DNA of 64,000 nucleotides from Desulfovibrionaceae bacterium (lineage in GTDB: Bacteria; Desulfobacterota; Desulfovibrionia; Desulfovibrionales; Desulfovibrionaceae): positions 2,824 through 66,823 of the forward strand of contig JAVBNZ010000009.1 in the NCBI GenBank assembly GCA_031551145.1, written 5' to 3'. Both the position numbers and the translations under genes were made by a program. Shown one piece after another: positions 57,730 through 64,000 of the stretch; positions within the stretch are counted from its first letter, which is position 1, and each line of letters starts with the position of its first letter. The notes beneath the pieces were generated by a model. That model was not told where the DNA came from, did no database searches, and saw only the letters and a list, made by a program, of their open reading frames with translations.

Positions 57730-58314
57730 TTATTCAACAACAAATTCGGTAAAATATACCCGCACAATCTTGGGCGCGCCCAAAATCTGGTTCAGGCGGG
57801 CCGCCACCTCGGCCTTCAGCAATACCTTGCCTTCAGGCGAAGAAACCTCGGCAAAGCTTTTGCCCGCAAGCAGGGTGATCACGGCGTCGCGTATCTTGGC
57901 GTCCTGAGCCTGCAATTCCCTGGAAATGTCGGAAGCGGCTTCCACTTCCATGCCCAGCTTCAGATAACGCTTGCCGGCGGCATCAGAAAGATTGACCACA
58001 AACTGCGGCAAGGGCAGCACCTTGCCGGAGCTGCGCGGCAGTTCCGTCACGCGCTCCACCCTGGGCGAGTTGTCCTTGCTCTGTTGTGCCGCGCCCGAAG
58101 GCTGGGGCACCGCCGTTTGGGCGGCCCCGTTGCCCGGCGCGGGCGGAACGCGCAGGAAAAACCACCAATACGCTCCGCCGCCGCCCGCTCCGAGTGTCAT
58201 CAGCAAGATCACCGCAAAAATGATGATTTTTTTCAGCTTGCCTTTTTTCTTCGGGGCTTCGGCGGCAGCTTCGGGAACAGCGGGAACGCTTGCCTTGGGC
58301 GTTTCCTTTGCCAT
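57730..58314 (-). CDS. fliL: flagellar basal-body-associated protein FliL
   Basis: Lys-rich N-terminus, single TM (IIIFAVILLMTLGAGG), FVVNLSD...RYLKLGMEVE FliL core. GGAGG lies 5 nt upstream of the ATG. Confidence 0.8.
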   Translation of the reverse strand: MAKETPKASVPAVPEAAAEAPKKKGKLKKIIIFAVILLMTLGAGGGGAYWWFFLRVPPAPGNGAAQTAVPQPSGAAQQSKDNSPRVERVTELPRSSGKVLPLPQFVVNLSDAAGKRYLKLGMEVEAASDISRELQAQDAKIRDAVITLLAGKSFAEVSSPEGKVLLKAEVAARLNQILGAPKIVRVYFTEFVVE

Positions 58315-58324
58315 GAAACCTCCT

Positions 58325-58454
58325 GCCTACAACATTTCACGCTTGAAATAGTTGCTTACCGGCGGGCGAAGCCCGCCTTGCAACTATTTCGCGGCGGGGA
58401 TTTTCTTAGAAAATCCCCGCAGAGCATTTATCTTTTTCAAAGTTTAAATGCTCT
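58325..58454 (+). repeat. three-hairpin intergenic repeat, copy B (best-formed)
   Basis: Module 1: GAAATAGTTGC (58345-55) pairs with GCAACTATTTC (58380-90), enclosing GGCGGGC-GAA-GCCCGCC. Module 2: GGGGATTTTC-TTA-GAAAATCCCC (58396-58418). Module 3: AGAGCATTTA-N14-TAAATGCTCT (58421-58454). All stems are perfect. Confidence 0.75.
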
Positions 58455-58484
58455 ACGCCGGAAAACCGACGCGTACAACATTAA

Positions 58485-58500
58485 TGCATAATGTGTTCCA
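58485..58500 (-). promoter_or_regulatory. sigma-54 (-24/-12) promoter candidate TGGAAC-ACATT-ATGCA upstream of fliL
   Basis: The minus-strand reading of 58500-58485 is TGGAACACATTATGCA, with GG-N10-GC spacing exactly as in the TGGCAC-N5-TTGCW consensus. It lies between the yggS stop and the repeat/fliL. Confidence 0.45.
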
Positions 58501-58533
58501 TGATATACGAAAAGCCCCGGCGCACGCAATAGC

Positions 58534-59232
58534 TCAGCGTGAAGGCCGGGGGCCGAAAATCTCCGTGCCTATGCGCACGCAACTCGCCCCTTCGGCCACG
58601 GCCTCAACAAAATCACCGGACATGCCCATGGAAAGCTCCGGCAGCGCAAGGCCCAGCCGAACACGGAGAGCTTCGCACAATTCGCGCAAAAGCGCAAAAT
58701 AGGGCCGGGCGCGCGCGCCGTCGTCAAAAAAGGGCGGCAGGCACATCAGGCCCCGTAAATCCAGACCCGGCATGACAGCGACGGCTTCGGCCAGGGCGGG
58801 CAGATCGTCGCGGTGTACGCCGTATTTTTGCGCCTCGTCCCCGACGTTGACCTGGATGAGCACGCGCTCGCGCCCTCCCCGTTCCCGCGCGTGTTTGTCC
58901 AACGCGCGGGCCAGCCTGAGGGAATCCAGGCTGTGAATGCGGTCGAAGCGCCCTGAAGCCGCTCCGGCCTTGTTGGTCTGGAGGTGGCCGATCATATGCA
59001 GCCGCACGGGCAGGTGGGCGAGTTCCTTCCACTTGGCCAGGGCTTCCTGCACATAGCTTTCGCCGAAATCCTCCTGTCCGGCGGCGGCAAGAGCGGCAAC
59101 GGCCCGCGCGGGATGAAATTTCGATACCGCCACCAGGCGGATTTCCTCCGGCCGGCGTCCGGCGGCGCGGGCCGCGTCGGCCAGGCGGTCGCGCACGTGC
59201 GCCAGCCGGTCTATCAGGGCCTGCTCGTTCAT
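58534..59232 (-). CDS. yggS: YggS-family pyridoxal-phosphate homeostasis protein
   Basis: LVAVSKFHP (PLP lysine), IGHLQTNK, LSMGMSGDFVEAV; 232 aa. Confidence 0.9.
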   Translation of the reverse strand: MNEQALIDRLAHVRDRLADAARAAGRRPEEIRLVAVSKFHPARAVAALAAAGQEDFGESYVQEALAKWKELAHLPVRLHMIGHLQTNKAGAASGRFDRIHSLDSLRLARALDKHARERGGRERVLIQVNVGDEAQKYGVHRDDLPALAEAVAVMPGLDLRGLMCLPPFFDDGARARPYFALLRELCEALRVRLGLALPELSMGMSGDFVEAVAEGASCVRIGTEIFGPRPSR

Positions 59233-59233
59233 A

Positions 59234-60157
59234 CTATTCCGGCACCAGACCGAGATCGCGCAGAAAGCGCGGGTCTTCCGTCCAATTTTCCCGCACTTTC
59301 ACCCAAAGTTCGAGATGCACTTTGCGGTCGAGCAGTTCCTGTATGTCCATGCGGGCGGCCGTGCCTATCTCTTTGATGCCGGCTCCGGCCCGGCCGATGA
59401 CCATGGCCTTGTGCTGGGGGCGGCCCACATAAATCGCCGCCTGGATAAGCGTGCGCCCGTCTTCGAGTTCTTCCCAGTTTTCGATGTCCACGGCCACGGA
59501 ATAGGGCACTTCCTGCTTGAGGTGCAGAAAGAGCTTTTCGCGGATGATCTCAGACGCCATAAACCGCACCGGCGCGGTGGAAAGCTGATCTTCCGGATAC
59601 AAGGGCGGCGCTTCGGGCAAAAAGGAGCGGATAAGCGCCGTAAGATTCGCCAGGCCGTCCCGCGTCAGGGCCGAGGCCGGAAAGATCTCCGCGTTGGGCC
59701 AGAGCTCGTTCAGGCGCGTGAGCAGAGGCAGCATGCGGCTTTTGTCCCCGAACAGATCGATCTTGTTCACCACCACGATGAAGGGGCGTTTTTCATCCGC
59801 CAGAGCGCGGGCCAGGGCTTCGGTGTCCCGCTCCAGGTATTCCGGCTTGCGCAGATAAAGGGCCGCATCCAGGATGAGCAGCAGAACATCGGCCACGGCC
59901 ATGCTCTGCCACACGGACTGGAGCATGACCTTGGGCAGGTGGCCCCGCGCCTTGGTCAGACCGGGAGTATCCATAAAAACCGCCTGCATGCCCGGTTGGC
60001 TGAGTATGCCGACAATCTGGTTGCGCGTAGTTTGGGCGCGGGGGGTGACGATGCTCACCTTTTGCCCCAGCAGAGCGTTGAGCAGCGTGGATTTTCCGGC
60101 GTTGGGCGGGCCCATGAGCGCCACCCAGCCGCAACGATGTGTATGGTTTTTCGTCAT
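59234..60157 (-). CDS. era: GTPase Era
   Basis: ORF 59234-60292 trimmed to ATG 60157. G1 [10 protein letters not shown]3 DTPG, G4 NKID, C-terminal KH domain ([19 protein letters not shown]). Confidence 0.95.
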   Translation of the reverse strand: MTKNHTHRCGWVALMGPPNAGKSTLLNALLGQKVSIVTPRAQTTRNQIVGILSQPGMQAVFMDTPGLTKARGHLPKVMLQSVWQSMAVADVLLLILDAALYLRKPEYLERDTEALARALADEKRPFIVVVNKIDLFGDKSRMLPLLTRLNELWPNAEIFPASALTRDGLANLTALIRSFLPEAPPLYPEDQLSTAPVRFMASEIIREKLFLHLKQEVPYSVAVDIENWEELEDGRTLIQAAIYVGRPQHKAMVIGRAGAGIKEIGTAARMDIQELLDRKVHLELWVKVRENWTEDPRFLRDLGLVPE

Positions 60158-60175
60158 ATTGCCTGTTGTTTCTCC

Positions 60176-60306
60176 AACTATAACATTTAACGCTTGAAAC
60201 AGTTGCCCACCGGCGGGTAACGCCCGCCCCGCACCTGTTTCGCGGCGGGAATTTTCCAAGAAAGTCCCCGCGGAGCAATGATACTTTTTCAAAGTTTCAT
60301 TGCTCT
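60176..60306 (+). repeat. three-hairpin intergenic repeat, copy C
   Basis: Same three modules as copy B with covarying stems: GAAACAGTTGC/GCACCTGTTTC, GGCGGG-TAACG-CCCGCC, GGGAATTTTC/GAAAGTCCCC, GAGCAATGA-N15-TCATTGCTC. It ends on the TAG stop (60305-60307, minus strand) of the methyltransferase gene. Confidence 0.75.
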
Positions 60307-61081
60307 AAGTGCCGGGCGCGGGATTTTGGCCCGAAATCCAGAAGGTGCGGGACGCGTCGTCCAGCCGGCCTTCTTCCGTATTTGTAAAACCGGCTTTTCG
60401 CACGGCGTCCAGATATTCTTCGCGCGTGCGCAGCCAGCCCCAGAACTGCCGTCGCCGTACCCCACCGGCATGCAGCAGGGCGTAAATACACACTTTGCCC
60501 AGATTCAGCAACGCGGCAATCGGGCCTTCAGCCTCCAGAAACGAGGCCGAAAGGACGATCAGTCTGCCGTCCGGCTCCAAACGGCCGCGCAATTCCGCCA
60601 GAAGCGCCGCAAATTCCTCCTGCCGCAAAAAATACTCGGCGGCGGAAAGATAGATGAGATCAAAGCGCAGATCCGGCGGCAGCGCGTCCGCGCCCGCGCC
60701 GATGTGCACGCGTTCCGGCGGGATGTGCGGCCGTATCCAGTCCATGCCCACAGTGCTGGGTTCGCTGAGGTGCAGTTCCGTATCCGGCAGTTCCCGCAAA
60801 AAATTGTATTCGATGAAACCGAGGCCGCTGCCTATGGACAGTGCGCGCAACGGCCGGTTTTTCCCGGAAGCTTGGCGGTGCGCCTGCTCCGCCAGCCAAC
60901 CGGCGTGCACAAGCTTGGTTTCACGCCAGCTTTTGGGCAGCGCGTCCCAGGACGGATAAATACGAAACAGTGCCTCGTAAAACTGCTCGTAAAACCTGGA
61001 TTCCGCCAAATGAAAAAACGAAAGTTCGCCGAAGGACGAAAACGCCACGCCGAACCAACTGTTCTGATAAAATCTCCGCAC
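60305..61081 (-). CDS. class I SAM-dependent methyltransferase (substrate unknown)
   Basis: SAM motif I LSIGSGLGFIE and acidic motif II-like DLIYLSAAEYF; 258 aa. Confidence 0.7.
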   Translation of the reverse strand: MRRFYQNSWFGVAFSSFGELSFFHLAESRFYEQFYEALFRIYPSWDALPKSWRETKLVHAGWLAEQAHRQASGKNRPLRALSIGSGLGFIEYNFLRELPDTELHLSEPSTVGMDWIRPHIPPERVHIGAGADALPPDLRFDLIYLSAAEYFLRQEEFAALLAELRGRLEPDGRLIVLSASFLEAEGPIAALLNLGKVCIYALLHAGGVRRRQFWGWLRTREEYLDAVRKAGFTNTEEGRLDDASRTFWISGQNPAPGT

Positions 61082-61240
61082 CGGATCTCCCGCTTTTCAA
61101 AAAGCTGTTCACCTGAAAAATATCGTTTGCGGCGGGCAAAGCCCGCCCGCGACAGGCCCGCGCCGAGGATGCGCAGGCAAATCCTTGCGGAGAGGACGAA
61201 CATCGTCAATGTCCGCCCGCTCCGGTTCCGGGTCGAGAGG

Positions 61241-62410
61241 TCAGGCTCTGGCTTCCAGAGCGGCGACGGAAGGCAGGATTTTGCCTTCCAGCAGTTCCAG
61301 CGAAGCGCCGCCGCCGGTGGAGATATAGCCCATCTTGCCGGCCAGGCCGTACTGTTCCACAGCGGCCACGGAATCGCCGCCGCCCACCAGTACATAGGCG
61401 GGGCTTGCAGCGAGGATTTCCGCCAGCGCGCGCGTGCCTTCGCCGAAGGGTTCGGTTTCAAAAGCCCCGACAGGGCCGTTCCAGACCACCGTGGCGGCGT
61501 CTTTCAGCAGTTCGGCGTACAGGGTCACGGTTTTCGGGCCGATATCCAGAATCATTTCATCATCCGGCACCTGATCGGCGTTGACCGTGCGCACGGCCGC
61601 GCCCGGCGCGAGTTCCTTGGCGGTCACCACGTCAACGGGCAGAGGCAGCTGCTTGCCGGCGGCGGAAGCCGCGTCCATGATGCGCTTGGCGTCGGGAATG
61701 AGATCGTGTTCACAAAGCGAGGTTCCCACCCTGCAGCCGGCAGCCGCCAGAAAGGTGTTGGCGATGCCGCCGCCCACGATGAGGCGATCGACCTTGGTCA
61801 CCAGATTTTCCAGCAGGGCCAGCTTGGTCGAAACTTTGGAGCCGCCGATAACGGCCGCCAAGGGGCGCTCCGGCGCATGCAGCACCTTGCCTATGGCCTC
61901 CAGTTCGGCCACCAGCAGGGGCCCGGCGCAGGGTTCGGCCGCGAAGCGCACGGCACCTTCTGTGGAAGCGTGCGCGCGATGGGCAGCGCCGAAGGCGTCC
62001 ATCACATACACATCGCCGAGCGCGGCCAGTTTGCGGGCCAGTTCGTCGCTGTTTTTCTTTTCACCCTTGAGAAAGCGTATGTTTTCCAGCAGCACGATCT
62101 GACCGGGCGCGGCCACGGCTTCATCAATGCTTTTTGCCAAGTAGACGTTCTTTTCCAGCAGTTCGGTCAGGCGTTCGGCCACGGGAGCGAGGGAAAAAGC
62201 GGGATCGTACTCCCCTTCCGTGGGACGGCCCAGATGCGAAAGGATCACCACCCCGCCGCCCTTGACGTCCGCCAGTTGAATGGTGGGCAGGGCGGCGCGT
62301 ATGCGCTTGTCGGAAGTAATTTTTCCGTTCTTGAGCGGTACGTTGAGGTCTTCACGTATGACCACGCGTTTGCCCGCCAGATTCATGTCCTTCATCTGCC
62401 GTATGTTCAT
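61241..62410 (-). CDS. pgk: phosphoglycerate kinase
   Basis: ORF 61241-62794 trimmed to ATG 62410: MNIRQMKDMNLAGKRVVIREDLNVPLKNGKITSDKRIRAALPT. The C-terminus has ISTGGGASLELLEGK. An in-frame ATG at 62437 is an alternative. Confidence 0.95.
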   Translation of the reverse strand: MNIRQMKDMNLAGKRVVIREDLNVPLKNGKITSDKRIRAALPTIQLADVKGGGVVILSHLGRPTEGEYDPAFSLAPVAERLTELLEKNVYLAKSIDEAVAAPGQIVLLENIRFLKGEKKNSDELARKLAALGDVYVMDAFGAAHRAHASTEGAVRFAAEPCAGPLLVAELEAIGKVLHAPERPLAAVIGGSKVSTKLALLENLVTKVDRLIVGGGIANTFLAAAGCRVGTSLCEHDLIPDAKRIMDAASAAGKQLPLPVDVVTAKELAPGAAVRTVNADQVPDDEMILDIGPKTVTLYAELLKDAATVVWNGPVGAFETEPFGEGTRALAEILAASPAYVLVGGGDSVAAVEQYGLAGKMGYISTGGGASLELLEGKILPSVAALEARA

Positions 62411-62477
62411 GCTGTCCCCCTTGGTGCATTGATTCATGCTGTCCCCTTTGGAGTAGTATATAGCGCATCGGCCGGCA

Positions 62478-64000
62478 TTAGGAAACACGCCGCAGGCTTT
62501 CCTCCACCGCGCGCTCCACGGCCTCCGCCGTGATGCCGAAATGGGCGAAGAGTTTTCCGGCCGGGGCGGACTCGCCGAAGGAGCGCATGCCCACCACCAC
62601 GCCGTCCAGGCCGAGGTATTTATCCCAAAAATCGGCCGCGCCCGCCTCCACGGCCACGCGGGCGCGCACGGCGCGCGGCAGCACGGCTTCTTTCCAGACC
62701 TCGTCCTGCTTGTCAAAAACCGAGGTCGAAGGCATGGAAACCACCCGCACCTTCCGGCCGGCGGCCGTGGCGCGATCCGCCGCGGCCAGGGCAAGCTGCA
62801 CCTCGGAGCCGCTCGCCATGACGATGACTTCCGGCCTGTCCGCGCAGTCGCGCAGCACGTAGCCGCCGCGTTCCACGGCCGCGATCCGCTCCGGCGTGCG
62901 GTCCGCGAAAGGCAGGTTCTGCCGTGAGAGAATCAGGCAACTCGGCGCGTTTTTCTCGCGCAGGGCCTCTTTCCAGGCAACGGCGCTCTCCACGGTGTCG
63001 CAGGGCCGCCACACGCGCACATTCGGCGTAAGCCGCAGGCCAGCCGCATGCTCCACGGGCTGGTGCGTGGGACCGTCTTCGCCCACGCCTATGGAGTCGT
63101 GCGTCAGCACCCAGATGACCCGTATGCCCATGAGCGCCGCAAGGCGGATCGCGCTTTTGGCATAATCGGAAAAGACCAGGAAGGTGCCGCCGTAGGGCAC
63201 AAAGCCCCCGTGCAGGGCAAGGCCGTTCATGATCGCGCCCATGGCGAACTCGCGCACGCCGTAGGCCAGATAGTTGCCCCGCTCGCCCGGCGCGATCTGC
63301 TTCGACAGTTTGTGGAAGGTGCCCACGGAGCCGGTAAGGTCGGCCGAACCGCCGATAAGTTCCGGCAGATAAGGCGCCAGAGCGTCCAACGTATTTTTGG
63401 AGGCGATGCGCGTGGCAATGTTTTCCCGTTTTTCCGCAAAGGCGGCTATGGTTTTATCCGCCTCTTCCTCCCAGCCTTCCGGCAGATCGCCGCGCGTGCG
63501 GCGCTCGAACTCCGCCGCTTCGGCGGGATAGGCCTGACGATAGCGCTCAAACAGCTCCCGCCACTCGGCCTGGGCCTTGGCGCCCTTTTCCCGGCAATCC
63601 CAGCCCGCATAGACCGCTTCGGGGATGGAGAAAGGCGGCTTGTTCCAGCCCAGGTTTTTGCGCGCGGCCGCGATGCCCTCCGCTCCCAGCGGCGAGCCGT
63701 GGCAGGAACTGCTGCCCGCCTTGGGCGAGGCAAAGCCGATGGTGGTGCGACAGACGACGAGGCTGGGCCTGTCCGTCACGCTCATGGCCTCGCGCAGGGC
63801 CGCATCCAGCGCGGCGGCGTTGTGGCCGTCCACATCGCGCACCACATGCCAGCCGTAGGCTTCGAAGCGGGCGGGCACGTCCTCGGTGAACCAGCCGTCT
63901 ATGCAGCCGTCTATGGAAATGCCGTTGGCGTCGTACAGGGCGATGAGCCTGCCGAGCTTGTGTGTGCCGGCCAGCGAACAGGCTTCGTGCGAAAGCCCTT
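62478..64000 (-). CDS. tkt: transketolase, C-terminal about 507 codons (5' end beyond the right edge)
   Basis: The frame stays open to base 64000 (my translation: ...GLSHEACSLAGTHKLGRLIALYDANGISIDGCIDGWFTEDVPARFEAYGWHV...). The pyrimidine-binding and C-terminal domains follow. Confidence 0.95.
   Translation of the reverse strand, partial: GLSHEACSLAGTHKLGRLIALYDANGISIDGCIDGWFTEDVPARFEAYGWHVVRDVDGHNAAALDAALREAMSVTDRPSLVVCRTTIGFASPKAGSSSCHGSPLGAEGIAAARKNLGWNKPPFSIPEAVYAGWDCREKGAKAQAEWRELFERYRQAYPAEAAEFERRTRGDLPEGWEEEADKTIAAFAEKRENIATRIASKNTLDALAPYLPELIGGSADLTGSVGTFHKLSKQIAPGERGNYLAYGVREFAMGAIMNGLALHGGFVPYGGTFLVFSDYAKSAIRLAALMGIRVIWVLTHDSIGVGEDGPTHQPVEHAAGLRLTPNVRVWRPCDTVESAVAWKEALREKNAPSCLILSRQNLPFADRTPERIAAVERGGYVLRDCADRPEVIVMASGSEVQLALAAADRATAAGRKVRVVSMPSTSVFDKQDEVWKEAVLPRAVRARVAVEAGAADFWDKYLGLDGVVVGMRSFGESAPAGKLFAHFGITAEAVERAVEESLRRVS

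Noticed and set aside
61095-61215. A possible fourth, degenerate repeat copy in the pgk-methyltransferase spacer (TTCACCTGAAAAATATCGTTTGCGGCGGGCAAAGCCCGCCCGC...).
   Set aside because: Only the start of module 1 and its GGCGGGC-AAA-GCCCGCC cap resemble the family. Modules 2 and 3 are not recognisable, and such GC hairpins are common. It needs a covariance-model score before being counted.
60278-62533. A 751-aa plus-strand ORF.
   Set aside because: It is antisense to the methyltransferase and pgk. Its N-terminus is just repeat copy C read in frame.

Overview
High-GC, densely packed bacterial chromosome segment. Gene content and order (metH / rpoH / rpiB-cysS-M48-hslV-ispE-tRNA(Gln)-prs-rplY-pth-carD-rho; carboxynorspermidine pathway; fused AccA/AccD) look like a Desulfovibrio-type deltaproteobacterium. 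That taxon assignment is inference from memory of synteny, not a search result.

I can support about 60 protein genes, 3 tRNAs (Gln-TTG, Leu-CAA, Val-TAC), several intrinsic terminators and a few promoter or operator candidates. The window is mostly housekeeping:
- DNA repair and nucleotide salvage
- Met and branched-chain amino-acid synthesis
- translation and transcription factors
- an ACC-like carboxylase cluster
- motAB plus a PilZ protein
- fliLNOPQ
- yedEF
- pgk and tkt

I found no CRISPR array, rRNA, transposase, integrase, phage gene or recognisable defence gene. Many very long ORFs in the supplied track are antisense shadows of real genes, which is typical of high-GC DNA, and I rejected them.

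The most interesting non-genic signal is a ~130-nt intergenic repeat built from three consecutive hairpins.
- Full copies sit at 10418-10547, 58325-58454 and 60176-60306. A solo third-hairpin copy sits at 41522-41556.
- The stems differ between copies by compensatory base-pair changes, which points to selection on structure.
- One copy fills the leader of the fliL operon, downstream of a well-spaced sigma-54 -24/-12 candidate. Another copy supplies the start codon and signal-peptide N-region of a lipoprotein.

Secondary curiosities:
- a 36% GC divergent intergenic region with a tandemly duplicated TTGACA-N17-AATAAT promoter driving a lower-GC orphan gene
- a lower-GC PocR-GAF-PAS-GGDEF-EAL gene bracketed by two tRNAs
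- the ispE stop codon lying inside tRNA-Gln
- an atypical two-domain biotin-carrier-like protein in the carboxylase cluster
- an HslV with residues preceding the catalytic Thr and no adjacent hslU
- a 470-bp structured region upstream of yedE

I do not see a convincing multi-gene novel system in this window.
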